Origin: an uncultured Spirochaetota bacterium
Lineage (GTDB): Bacteria; Spirochaetota; Spirochaetia; SZUA-6; Fen-1364
Length of the DNA stretch: 64,000 nt
Reading direction: 5' to 3'
NCBI GenBank assembly: GCA_963734545.1
Contig: CAVTHO010000010.1
Location: forward strand, 153,060-217,059
Within the stretch, counting starts at the first letter, position 1, and the number at the start of each line of letters is the position of its first letter. The translations under genes were made by a program, and so were the position numbers. The notes under the pieces are model-generated. The model saw only the letters and a program-made list of their open reading frames with translations. It ran no database searches and was not told where the DNA came from. Of this stretch, positions 52,050-61,683 are shown in pieces.

Positions 52050-52331
52050 GGCGGCGACGCGGCAGGCTGGTTTGAATGCAATTCAGGCGGGAGAACGCAA
52101 CCGATAGGGCTGAAGCAGGCCAACGAGCATGGGCTGTATGCCATGACGGACAACGCCCTGGAGTGGTGGGGGGACACATACGGATCCCACTCGGCCGACC
52201 CGCAGATAGATCCCAAGGGGTCCTGTCATCTGATACCCGTGTCCTGCGCGACGGCTCCTGGCACACCAATGCGAGATCTTCGCGCGTGGTTTGCCGCAAT
52301 TTGTCGAGCCGACCAAGGTTCCGGGAGCTAG
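52050..52331 (+). pseudogene. Degenerate fragment of an FGE-sulfatase (SUMF1) domain gene
   Basis: NSGGRTQPIGLKQANEHGLYAMTDNALEW resembles THPVG.K.PN.WGLYDM.GNVWEW. Confidence 0.65.
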
Positions 52332-52379
52332 CGATCATCGGCCAAAAGTCGAGCGTTTATGTCAGCGAATTTCTGGGAC

Positions 52380-52646
52380 AACACACTAGCCCCTTTTGGC
52401 ATCCGGGCCAACAGCGTGGCACCGGGATATATGAAGACGGACATGGTCCGGTCCGTTTTCTCTGACGCCGATTTCAGGCAGGGGCGCTGGTCACAGATTC
52501 CGTTGGGCAGAGTCGCCCAGCCCGAAGAGGTTGCTGACGCGGTGGTCTTCCTGCTTTCGGGCCATGCAAGCTACATTGCGGGCGACATCCTGATCTTCCT
52601 CAAGCGGGGACATTCACATGCGAAAAGAACTGCCCCCGGTGCATGA
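52380..52646 (+). pseudogene. C-terminal fragment of an SDR oxidoreductase
   Basis: LAPFGIRANSVAPG...IPLGRVAQPEEVA..FLLS..ASYIAG with no N-terminal Rossmann motif. Confidence 0.7.
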
Positions 52647-53985
52647 CCTTGTAGTCATAGTCTCGCGCACCCTTGTATCGCTTGAGAAGCGGGGAATATC
52701 CCATGTGGTCATAGTATTCGGTCAGTTCAGGCCAGACATACTGATGCGAAGATTCATCGACTGCCGAAGTGTCCCACGTCCCGTGCATGTAGACGTTGCC
52801 ATTTTCATCTGCGGCGAGGGACTCTATCATTGTCACGCGCCTGTTTTCCCCATCTACGATCCTGCCGTGGTCGATCACGCGTCCGTCCGCTGCTGGATCC
52901 ACGCTGATGCTGCGCAGGTGCAGAGCGTCGTCGAAATCAATGTCCTCCTCAGGGTAGTCGCGGACAGCTTCCGACCAATACCTGCGCGCATCGCCCCAAT
53001 TCTTGTATTGTACGAAGTAGAGGCGATTCTTGTGATCGAAGGCATTGCCCAGGAATGTTGAGCCAATGTACGCGCCGGGTTGAAAGGCCTCTCCCTTTTC
53101 GATGTCTTTTCGGGGGTCAAAGATCCACACCCGTTCGTCCCCGCCCCCCAGACAGCCAGTGGTAAAGAGGCACTGCCTGGCGCCGGGCAAGGCTTCCGCC
53201 CATGACCAGCTTCTTTCGCTGTCGAGCTTTTTCGGTGCGGGAGTCCCATCCGGGCCCAGTTTGCCAGACGGCAAGACGTTCTTGTAGCACTTGATCACTT
53301 TGCTGTCGGCCTCATACTGATACAGGTCGCCATGATCCCAGGAAATGGGCCAGTGATTCTTCCAGAGAGTGAACCAGCAATTGCTCCTGTCGTCGATAAA
53401 GAACCAGAGACAATTGCTTCTCTCTGCCTGTCCCACCAACCCCAGATCCGCCGTTGCCCCGGTTTCGATATCGATCTGATAGAGATGACTCCCGTCTCTT
53501 TTCACGTCTGCCTGGGCAAACGGCACAACAAAGACGTAGAGCTTTCTGTGCCTTCTGTCCACGTTGATGGCGGAGTAGATCGTATAGCGCTCTCGGACAA
53601 TGCCAAAATCTCTGAACTTGCCGGTGGCCAGTTCATAGCCAATCACATGGGCGCCGGAGTACTTGTCCATGGCCGCGTCCCAGTAGTTGGAAAGGTGCGT
53701 GGTGAAATAGAGCCAGCCGTCAAGCTCGACTATCGGAGAGTGGATCTTCCCCTGAGGCGGTGTCTTGGCAGGATCTTCTGCGCACACTTTGGTCATATCC
53801 TCAGCGAGCATCGTCAACTTCTTGCTGCCTGGTTCGAACTTGAAAAAGGAACTGCCATGTCGCGGAGAATGGGTTGATGCGCCGAAATAGCACGCGCCGT
53901 CTGAAGCAGCAATCATCCCCTGCCACTGGCCGTCAAAGTACTTCACGAACCTGTTCAAAGAGAGCGAATGTACTGAGCATTCCAT
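52600..53985 (-). CDS. Hypothetical protein, probable beta-propeller
   Basis: 461-aa ORF with RBS; repeated beta-blade patterns; no signal peptide. Confidence 0.75.
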   Translation of the reverse strand: MECSVHSLSLNRFVKYFDGQWQGMIAASDGACYFGASTHSPRHGSSFFKFEPGSKKLTMLAEDMTKVCAEDPAKTPPQGKIHSPIVELDGWLYFTTHLSNYWDAAMDKYSGAHVIGYELATGKFRDFGIVRERYTIYSAINVDRRHRKLYVFVVPFAQADVKRDGSHLYQIDIETGATADLGLVGQAERSNCLWFFIDDRSNCWFTLWKNHWPISWDHGDLYQYEADSKVIKCYKNVLPSGKLGPDGTPAPKKLDSERSWSWAEALPGARQCLFTTGCLGGGDERVWIFDPRKDIEKGEAFQPGAYIGSTFLGNAFDHKNRLYFVQYKNWGDARRYWSEAVRDYPEEDIDFDDALHLRSISVDPAADGRVIDHGRIVDGENRRVTMIESLAADENGNVYMHGTWDTSAVDESSHQYVWPELTEYYDHMGYSPLLKRYKGARDYDYKVMHRGQFFSHVNVPA

Positions 53986-54462
53986 CGTCTTTCTCCCGTT
54001 TGTCGGTTTTTCCCACCGCAGCTACACTCAACCGGACCCGGAATAATTATGCCTTCTGCGCCGGGTTTCTTCAATCCTTGCTGCGGAGGCCGCATCGAGG
54101 GGCACGCGGCGCCTCCGAGGCAGCGAGCGTTGTGACAGCTCCCGCGACCGCGAATATCGGACGCGTTGCCGGGGATTTGTGCTCACGCTCGGTTCAGCGA
54201 CCGCGGCCTTCGCGCAGATTGCCGGTTTCGCTCCGTCGCGTGGATCCCTCGCGCATCACGCAGGCCATTATCGCTGAAATCAACCCTGTGGCCGGCAAGC
54301 GGGCCCCGCATGATGAAGACCGTGGACCGCGACGCTCGCTGCCCGGCGCCGGTCGATAAATTCCTATTCTGCGTTACGCTATTGGGCAAGAGCAAATGTA
54401 TGCGCAATTCGATTCCACTTGTTATTCCCGCCAACCAAAAACGTAACCAAGGGGGTCTGCGT

Positions 54463-55080
54463 ATGAAATCTTTCCGCATGTCGCTTTACGGCAAAGCGCT
54501 CGTTTCGTGCCTGGCGCTTATCGGCCTCTGCGCCGTTTTGCAGGCGCAGGAGGTGTACAAGGCCTACGGCATTAAATCGGCCGTCATCGAATACAAGCAT
54601 TCCGGCTCGCGGACCGGCACCACCACCATGTACTTCGACAATTACGGCGCGAAGTCCGCCACGCAACAAAACTTGACAACGAGGAACAAACTGGAAAAAG
54701 GCTGGATCCTTTCCCTGGACGACACGATCTACATGTTCGACCCGGCGACAAAAAAAGGTGTGAAAATGGGCAACCCGATGGCCGCGAGCCTTAAGAAGGA
54801 AAAGGATTACGACAAGGCCGCAAAGGCAATTTACGCCAAGATGGGCTACACCGAGGCGGCGCCGGAGCAATGGCTCGGGCGGGAATGCAAGGTCTATAGT
54901 GGCAAGATGGGCAAAGTGCTCACCTGGAACGGCCTTCTCATGTACATGGAAACGAAAGTCGGAACCACCGTGTCCAAGCAGGAGGCGACCAAGGTGGACA
55001 TCAATGTACCGGTCAAAGCGAGCGTGTTCGAGTTGCCCAAGGACATCGAGTTCAGCGATATGCCGTCGTTCGGGTTTTAG
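54463..55080 (+). CDS. Hypothetical exported protein (DUF4412-like)
   Basis: Signal peptide (VLQA/QE); YGIKSAVIEY, YFDNYG, LGRECKVY, FELP. Confidence 0.7.
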   Translation: MKSFRMSLYGKALVSCLALIGLCAVLQAQEVYKAYGIKSAVIEYKHSGSRTGTTTMYFDNYGAKSATQQNLTTRNKLEKGWILSLDDTIYMFDPATKKGVKMGNPMAASLKKEKDYDKAAKAIYAKMGYTEAAPEQWLGRECKVYSGKMGKVLTWNGLLMYMETKVGTTVSKQEATKVDINVPVKASVFELPKDIEFSDMPSFGF

Positions 55081-55170
55081 CTCTTTCGGTTTTCCCCTTT
55101 TCAGGATATTCCGGGAGGAAGCGGGACCCGGCAAGCTCACGGGCGATGCCGTCGTGCGACGCTACTGCCT

Positions 55171-57948
55171 TCATCTCTCCCGGCGGTCCGCGATGAGCAC
55201 GATGGCGTCGGCGGGCTCCAGGATGATGGGACCGGTCACGGGCTTGCCGCTGTTCGTGGCTTTGTCCAGCCTGCCGAGTATCCGCTTGACGCGGCTCCGT
55301 GCCAGCGGCCCCTGTATGTCGTTGAGGCTGAGCTCGCGGCGATCGTCGGAAGCGTTCACCAGCACGAGGCCGTTCTGGAAGTCCCGCCGGAAGAGCCCCG
55401 CCCTGCCGGATCTGATCCGCAGGTTCTCTATGCGCACAGCGCCGGGTCCGTTCACCACGAACTGATAGGCCACGCGGGCACCAGGCGGGACCGTCGTGTG
55501 GACGCGATAGTGTCCGGTGCTGCCCTTCAGCAGGGCGTTGATCTCCGTGGTTTCTATCCAGTCACTGTTCGCGACCACGCCGAGTGTCGGGTAGAACTGG
55601 CAGTCCTCGGCGATTTCCCAATCGAACTCCACGAGGTACTGTCGCGTATCGCCGGCGGCGGAGGCGCCGCAGTCCACCCGAAGGTTGCCCCGGCCGGAGC
55701 CGCCAGCCGTAAGCGGGCCCGCCACTTCCTTGACGGCTCTCATGTCCGAAAGCGACTCGACGCAGGGCCCCAGTGCCTCGCCCAGCCAGCCCTTGCCGCT
55801 CGAGTCGTCGACGGAGGCCCCGGCAGAGGAGACGAGCCACTCGTCGTAGAGCATCGGCGGAGTCCGTGCCTCGAAAACATCGTACTCGTAGAATCCGTCG
55901 TCGAGGAGGGCGGTGCCAAGGGAGAAGCGCTGGAGACGGATGTCCTTCGCGGTGGGAGCGGCGAAATCGCTCTTCGCCGTCACTAACTCGCCGGGGTGCA
56001 GGCCAACGGCCTCGACGACGACGGCCGAAGGCTCGCGGCAATTCGCGACGACCTGCCGGTACTCCTCGAAGCTCGTACACCAGCGAGCCTCGGAGAAGGC
56101 CTCGATCTTCCAATCGGGGTACCAGGAGGTATTGAAGAGCTCCAGGAGGAAGCCGTTGACCAGAGGCGTCAGGACACGGTCGGGAAGGGCGCCGTCGTTC
56201 GCCATCAGGAATACGGACTCACCGACTCTTTCCCGCAGCCGCCGGGCCGTGTCCATGGTGGCGGCCGCCGACATGAGGTGGGTGGACAGGATCGTCTCAT
56301 CCCTCTTGCCGTTGCGGTTCCAGTCGACGTCGAACTTCGCGGGGTCCCAGGAGTTGGCGTAGTGCGGATTCGTGCGCGCGAAGAGGTTGTCGAGGAACAG
56401 ACCGTCCCATGTTCCGTTATTCAAGTGGAGCGGTGCCGCCCGATCCACGTAGTAGTCGGCATAGGTCCTGCCCTGGGCGTCCCGGGGACAATAGGGGGAG
56501 TTGTCGAGTTTCCTGATGTAGAGGTAATCCGGGTCGGCTATCAGGGCGCCCTTGCTGTCGCGGAGGTACCAGGCGGGATCGAGGCCCTTCCTGAATTGAT
56601 TGTCGGCGTTGCACAGGGGATTCTTCATATCCCTCTCTATGAACTCATCCATCCAGACTTCGTTGGCCATCGTGTAGTAAGGCAGGAGGACGATGTCGGG
56701 ATTGCGCGCGCGCAGGCGGAGGCCCAGGCCCGGGTCGTCGCTGCTGTCCGCTCCCAGCAGGGCGACGACGATATCGTAGAGGACGAGCCGCCGCTCCATC
56801 TCGTCGGGGCTCATGTAGGGAACCTTCGACCTGATGGTGCCCATGCCATCCCATGCGTCCTTGATCGGATCCTGTTGCTGGCAGTTGCCCAGCCGCGGGA
56901 AGGCAGCTGAAGAGAGGCGGCTCGCGGGATTGTCCGCCAGACCGCGCGGCACTGGCTCCTGGATGGAGAGCTTGAGGCGGCTCAGGCGGAGCTGAACGCC
57001 CTCGTGGGCCGTGATCGCGATCACCCAGGGCCGCTGCCCCTCTCCCGTCCTGACGCCGCCGACGAAATGTCCGGACAGGGGGCCGTAGCCCGGCAGATCG
57101 GTGCCGGAGCGGATCTGGCCCGGGGAGTCGGCGGCATAGAGCAAGAGCCCGCCCATGCGCCACTGCCTCTCCCTTTCCCGGGTGGCGGTCCAGTCGAACT
57201 CCACGATCACCACCTGGTTCGGCCCGAAGCCGAGGATCTCGGGCCTCGTATGAAAGCTTCCGAACTGGCCGATGACCACCTCGTTCGCTCCCGAGCCGGC
57301 AGTGGATCTGGAGAAACTGACCGCTCCTTCCCAGGCAAAGGCGGGCCCCGGACTGGGGGCTTCCGTGTTGAGTCTCTCCTCTGCGATGACCCTATGGGCC
57401 GTCAGGTCGGTGACGGTAATGTTCCCTATCGCTATCTTCCCGCCGCGGGGGATGTTCCATACGACCCGGTAGTCCGAATATCCCAGCAGCCTCCTCCTCA
57501 GGACGCCGCTGCCGACCGCGCCATCGTTGCCCTTGACGGACAGCGACGGGATCCACTCGTTCTTCGCGCCCCCGGTCGGCGAGAAGAAGAGAGTCTCGAA
57601 TCCCGCAGCCGCCGCCTCGTCGATGCGCCAGTCGAAGCGCACTTCGTACTCGCGGCCGCCGATCAGCGGGAGCGAACCCACGTCCGTCTGATAGAAGGAG
57701 AGGTATTCACGCGAGCCGTCCGACGCTCCGCGAATCCACTTCTCTTCGCCGATCCTCGGGAAGCGGCAGGCCTCTCCCACCGCGAAGCCCGGACTCGGCA
57801 CGAGAATCGGAACGGCAAGATCCTCCTTCAGTATCTCGCGAAGCTCCCTTCCGTATCCCGGGGGATCCGCGGACAACCGCGCGCCGGCAAGGAGGAGAAC
57901 CACGATCACGGCAATGCTTCGAGGGCCAGGGAAGGGGATCATGCGCAT
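55171..57948 (-). CDS. Exported multidomain putative glycoside hydrolase (GHL15-like TIM barrel with beta-sandwich modules)
   Basis: Signal peptide; WDGLFLDN, NGFLLE, RFSLGTALL and FRRDFQNGLVLVN motifs. Confidence 0.65.
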   Translation of the reverse strand: MRMIPFPGPRSIAVIVVLLLAGARLSADPPGYGRELREILKEDLAVPILVPSPGFAVGEACRFPRIGEEKWIRGASDGSREYLSFYQTDVGSLPLIGGREYEVRFDWRIDEAAAAGFETLFFSPTGGAKNEWIPSLSVKGNDGAVGSGVLRRRLLGYSDYRVVWNIPRGGKIAIGNITVTDLTAHRVIAEERLNTEAPSPGPAFAWEGAVSFSRSTAGSGANEVVIGQFGSFHTRPEILGFGPNQVVIVEFDWTATRERERQWRMGGLLLYAADSPGQIRSGTDLPGYGPLSGHFVGGVRTGEGQRPWVIAITAHEGVQLRLSRLKLSIQEPVPRGLADNPASRLSSAAFPRLGNCQQQDPIKDAWDGMGTIRSKVPYMSPDEMERRLVLYDIVVALLGADSSDDPGLGLRLRARNPDIVLLPYYTMANEVWMDEFIERDMKNPLCNADNQFRKGLDPAWYLRDSKGALIADPDYLYIRKLDNSPYCPRDAQGRTYADYYVDRAAPLHLNNGTWDGLFLDNLFARTNPHYANSWDPAKFDVDWNRNGKRDETILSTHLMSAAATMDTARRLRERVGESVFLMANDGALPDRVLTPLVNGFLLELFNTSWYPDWKIEAFSEARWCTSFEEYRQVVANCREPSAVVVEAVGLHPGELVTAKSDFAAPTAKDIRLQRFSLGTALLDDGFYEYDVFEARTPPMLYDEWLVSSAGASVDDSSGKGWLGEALGPCVESLSDMRAVKEVAGPLTAGGSGRGNLRVDCGASAAGDTRQYLVEFDWEIAEDCQFYPTLGVVANSDWIETTEINALLKGSTGHYRVHTTVPPGARVAYQFVVNGPGAVRIENLRIRSGRAGLFRRDFQNGLVLVNASDDRRELSLNDIQGPLARSRVKRILGRLDKATNSGKPVTGPIILEPADAIVLIADRRER

Positions 57949-58282
57949 GGCAACCTCCACGATTATTACTGTTCGCATTCTATCACAGTCTCTCGCGCCA
58001 CGTATCCTTCTGGTGTTGCCCGCTACGACCAGCAGGAGAAGGCCACCGAAACAGTCCTGGAACAGGCCGCCGTGCTGTCGGAGGAGGGCGCGACGCGAGG
58101 GCTTGCGGCCGATACTTTTCTGTGTTTCCATTTTATTGAGGATCCACAATGAGAAGACGGTCAGGCTTCCTCCATGTTCAGAGAATCGGGTGGGAATTCT
58201 TAGACTCCGATTGCGCGGCGTTCAACCAACCTGCATTGGATGCTCAGGCGAGACAAACCATTAATGAAAGGGGTAGATATAA

Positions 58283-59089
58283 ATGGATTATAGGAGTTAC
58301 AGCGGAACGGAAACGGCAAGAAGTCTGACGTCAAAGCTGCTCCGCGTTGTTCTTTCCACAATGCTGATCGGGGTACTTTCCTATCCAGCGTCGGCTCAGG
58401 ATGCCTGTGATGAAATTGGTCCCGACTGCAGGACGCTGACTGCATCGGAGGTCAAGGCTTTTAAAGAACTGGTCCTGACAGCAAAAGGATTGCTGCCGGT
58501 GCCAGACACGGCCCGGTATGCGCTTGAAAGCGGTATCGACGAGACCTACACTATGCCGTTCGTTGCCCTGACAAAGATCCCCGGCGCGGCGATGACGGGA
58601 AGGTCCTGGCAAGCAGGCTGTTTTCCGACCGATCCCAACAACACCCTTCATTTCCTCTACGACGCTAAGGCTGTTCAGGAAAAATCGTCCGGCAAGGCAA
58701 ACGATCCCCTGGCCGCTGTCCAGGCACTGAACGCCATGATGGAAAACAAGGTCGAGATAGTCGTCTGGCTCCGGCCGCACCCATATCTGGTGAACGTCGA
58801 GAACGGAAAGACGGTGGACGTGCGTGATCAGGATGCTTACGATGTCGTGAAGAAGCCAGAATTCCTTTCGTGGCAGACCGGCGATGACAACGTTACGCTC
58901 AACATGATCCTCGGGCCACGAACCGCCAGAGAAGAAGAGACCCTGAATACGGATATGCCGTCCCCGAAATTTGCGCCGCTAAAATCGATCGAGCTGATCA
59001 TCAGCGGTCCGAAGAAGGAAGTAGCCGCTCTCAGGAAAAGGATAGAACCTCAGGCATTGGCAGCGCTGTTGGGGCCTGTGGTAAAGTAA
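58283..59089 (+). CDS. Hypothetical exported protein
   Basis: Signal peptide-like segment (YPASA/QD), 268-aa ORF. Confidence 0.7.
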   Translation: MDYRSYSGTETARSLTSKLLRVVLSTMLIGVLSYPASAQDACDEIGPDCRTLTASEVKAFKELVLTAKGLLPVPDTARYALESGIDETYTMPFVALTKIPGAAMTGRSWQAGCFPTDPNNTLHFLYDAKAVQEKSSGKANDPLAAVQALNAMMENKVEIVVWLRPHPYLVNVENGKTVDVRDQDAYDVVKKPEFLSWQTGDDNVTLNMILGPRTAREEETLNTDMPSPKFAPLKSIELIISGPKKEVAALRKRIEPQALAALLGPVVK

Positions 59090-59255
59090 GCTGTGGGTTC
59101 AGGAACCCGACATGTCGGGAAAATTTGAGGCACCGCCTCATTTGCCTCCAGCAGCCGATGGTGAGGTTGGCGAAGGATCTGCTCCCGCAGTTCATCGAGT
59201 TGTTTGTGCGTAAGCCATTGCGCGCCATCTTCCGTCAAAACGTACAGATATTCAC

Positions 59256-60377
59256 TCACGAATTGTTTCCTTCGAACAGCGACTTCATCTTTTCCAGGGC
59301 CTGCACAGGCACCGCCTCCACGCGATCAGCGATAGCGTATCGCTTTGTCCCCGGGTAGAGAACAGCCACATGAGCCAGCCCCACGTCCTCCATGGCGATG
59401 CGGATTGACGGCGTCATGCGAGGCGCATCTGTCCGCTTGCACTCCACCCCAAGCAGCTTTTGTCCCCTGCGGAGGATCAGGTCCATCTCCGCTCCCTGAT
59501 ACGTGGACCAGAAGAATGCCTCATCATATGATTGGGAGACCATGAGCTGCTCGATGACAAACCCTTCCCAGGATGCTCCTGCCTTTGGGTGGCTCAAGAG
59601 CTCCTTCTGAGTGACGATTCCCAGGAACTGGTGCAGCAGCCCCGTGTCGCGCACATACACCTTGGGCGCCTTCACCTGGCGCTTACTGATGTTGGCATGG
59701 TAGGGATGAAGCTGACGAATGACGAAGGCATCAGTCAGCAGGTCGAGGTGACGGCGCGCGGTGGATTCGCTTACACCCAGGGCGCGGGCGGGTTCCGCGG
59801 CGTTCCACGTCTGGCCGTGGTAGTGCGCGAGCATGGTCCAGAATCGCAACAAGGCAACCGCAGGCACCCGAACGCCCCACTGCGGGAAGTCCCTTTCCAG
59901 AAGCGACTGGATGAAGTTCTTGCGCCACGCCTTGCTGTCCGCATCGTTTCTGGCCAGATAGGAGACTGGCAGCCCTCCGCGAAGCCACAGCCTGTCCTCT
60001 GCGTCAGCGCCAAGCTCCTGCAGTGAGAAGCCGCCAATAGTCACAAGCTCCATCCTTCCGGCAAGGCTTTCCGACGTCTGGCGCGAAAGGTCACCTGAGG
60101 CGCTTCCAAGGATCAGGAACCTGGCGGACGCATCCCGCCGGTCCGCCAATACGCGGAGGATGGGGAATAGATCCGGCCGACGCTGGACTTCGTCTATGAC
60201 TACCAGGCCTCTCAAGGGCCTGAGCGCAGTCATGGGTTCGGTCAGTCTCTCAAGATCCGTCGGGTCCTCAAGGTCGAAGTAGTTGACGGAGGTCTCGCTG
60301 AGCAGCTGGCGGGCAAGCGTGGTCTTTCCGCACTGGCGTGGCCCGGTCAGGACCACCACCCGGCTGCGTGACAGGGC
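59256..60377 (-). CDS. AAA_14 ATPase with DUF4143 and PD-(D/E)xK-like C-terminus; N-terminus apparently truncated
   Basis: GPRQCGKTT, IDEVQR, ESLAGR, RGGLP, PKVYVRDTGL, EMDLIL...VECK; in-frame TAG at 60380-60378. Confidence 0.85.
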   Translation of the reverse strand, partial: ALSRSRVVVLTGPRQCGKTTLARQLLSETSVNYFDLEDPTDLERLTEPMTALRPLRGLVVIDEVQRRPDLFPILRVLADRRDASARFLILGSASGDLSRQTSESLAGRMELVTIGGFSLQELGADAEDRLWLRGGLPVSYLARNDADSKAWRKNFIQSLLERDFPQWGVRVPAVALLRFWTMLAHYHGQTWNAAEPARALGVSESTARRHLDLLTDAFVIRQLHPYHANISKRQVKAPKVYVRDTGLLHQFLGIVTQKELLSHPKAGASWEGFVIEQLMVSQSYDEAFFWSTYQGAEMDLILRRGQKLLGVECKRTDAPRMTPSIRIAMEDVGLAHVAVLYPGTKRYAIADRVEAVPVQALEKMKSLFEGNNS

Positions 60378-60448
60378 CTATACCATGAAAATCGAGCGGC
60401 GCAGGAGTGAATTTCATGAGACAGCTTTTCGGCGCCGCTGCGAAGGCG

Positions 60449-60600
60449 TCAGGTTGCGGCTGCCACCTTCTTCAGCATCGACTCGGGGATTCGCACACGC
60501 CCGGTGAGGAGGTCATGCATGAGGCCGGATTTGGTCGCGCCGCATGATTTCAAGACTGCACATTCTTTCTTTGCGAGCGAGTTCAATGCGCCGAGTTGAC
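60449..60600 (-). pseudogene. hsdS: 3' remnant of a type I restriction specificity subunit (HsdS)
   Basis: KSGLMHDLLTGRVRI is the typical HsdS C-terminal motif; the rest of the gene is absent. Confidence 0.65.
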
Positions 60601-60705
60601 GACCTATCATTTCTTGTCTCACTTTTCGATTCGATGACGGTGAGGCGCGGTTTTCAGACTTGTTCGTGGTTTTCGACGCATCCTTTTTCCTTTTCCGCGC
60701 TGGTG

Positions 60706-61662
60706 TCACGCGCCGGTCCTTTCAAAGCGTTGCTTGACCATCAGCATGGTTTCCCGGAACTTGCCCGGCTCCTCGAACCATGGGTTGTGGGCGGATTCTT
60801 CGAACCAGATAAGTTGCTTTCCCTTGGGAGCCTCGAGCGCCTGGTAGTATTGTTCCGCTATCTGAGTCGGAGCGGCATAGTCGTGCCTTCCCTGGAGCAT
60901 GAACACAGGAACATCAAGCCGCGGCAACATCCGGAATAAGTTGAGGTGTGCTAGATCGGGCAAGAGACGCTTCTGGACAAACCGTATTCCCCGCATGGTC
61001 TTCGCAATGTCAGCGAGCGAATAGGAAAAAAGCATCTGCTTTATCGCGGTCCGAAAAAGTCCGTTATAGTCTTTGTGTGTGTGCACTCCACCGAAGTTGC
61101 TTAGCCATTTGACTCGGATACCAAAGGTCGTGTCGTCTAGATGAGGAGGCGGTCCAATTCTGCGCAATTCCTTCAGGGCCTTTTTGTTACCGTGGCACGT
61201 CGCCTGCTCGAGGACAAAATCATATGCGACCCGCTCAGCCGCCTCAAAATCCACATCCATGTCGACACAGGCCACGGCGCGCACACGCTCGGGATAGCGG
61301 GCAGCGGTAAGGGCGGCGACCGTCCCACCCTGGGAAAATCCGGTGAGGTAGATCTTTGTCGCGGCGAATCGCTTGGTCAGGATCGCAATAAGCTCACCGG
61401 TATCCTCGACCATTTGATCGATGGTCATCGACTCGGGCGGAATCGCCGGGCTATACGACTTGCCGCAGCCCCGCTGGTCCCAGAACACGAGGACGAAGTC
61501 ATCTTCCAAATGCCAGAGCTTGGACGCAAAAGCCGCTTCGTTCAGCATTGGAAATCCTGGGCCTTGTTGAATCAAAAGCATGACCGGATTGGCCGTGCTA
61601 TTCCCCCGGATGCGCACCCATTGCGTCGCTTCCTCCAAGACGGACGCGCTCCCGGGAGTCAA
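60706..61662 (-). CDS. Alpha/beta hydrolase (proline iminopeptidase-like)
   Basis: QQGPG, WDQRGCGKS, GFSQGG, QGRHD, FEESAH. Confidence 0.88.
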   Translation of the reverse strand: MTPGSASVLEEATQWVRIRGNSTANPVMLLIQQGPGFPMLNEAAFASKLWHLEDDFVLVFWDQRGCGKSYSPAIPPESMTIDQMVEDTGELIAILTKRFAATKIYLTGFSQGGTVAALTAARYPERVRAVACVDMDVDFEAAERVAYDFVLEQATCHGNKKALKELRRIGPPPHLDDTTFGIRVKWLSNFGGVHTHKDYNGLFRTAIKQMLFSYSLADIAKTMRGIRFVQKRLLPDLAHLNLFRMLPRLDVPVFMLQGRHDYAAPTQIAEQYYQALEAPKGKQLIWFEESAHNPWFEEPGKFRETMLMVKQRFERTGA

Positions 61663-61683
61663 TCGGGTGCGTTGCCTTGGATT

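Noticed and set aside
59050-59259. 69-aa ORF downstream of the AAA ATPase
   Set aside because: Overlaps the convergent gene end and has no recognisable motif; possibly a remnant but unsupported
60378-60386. Amber readthrough (pyrrolysine or recoding) at ATG-GTA-TAG before the AAA ATPase
   Set aside because: TAG is a normal stop in many genes here, no pyl genes are visible, and truncation is the simpler explanation
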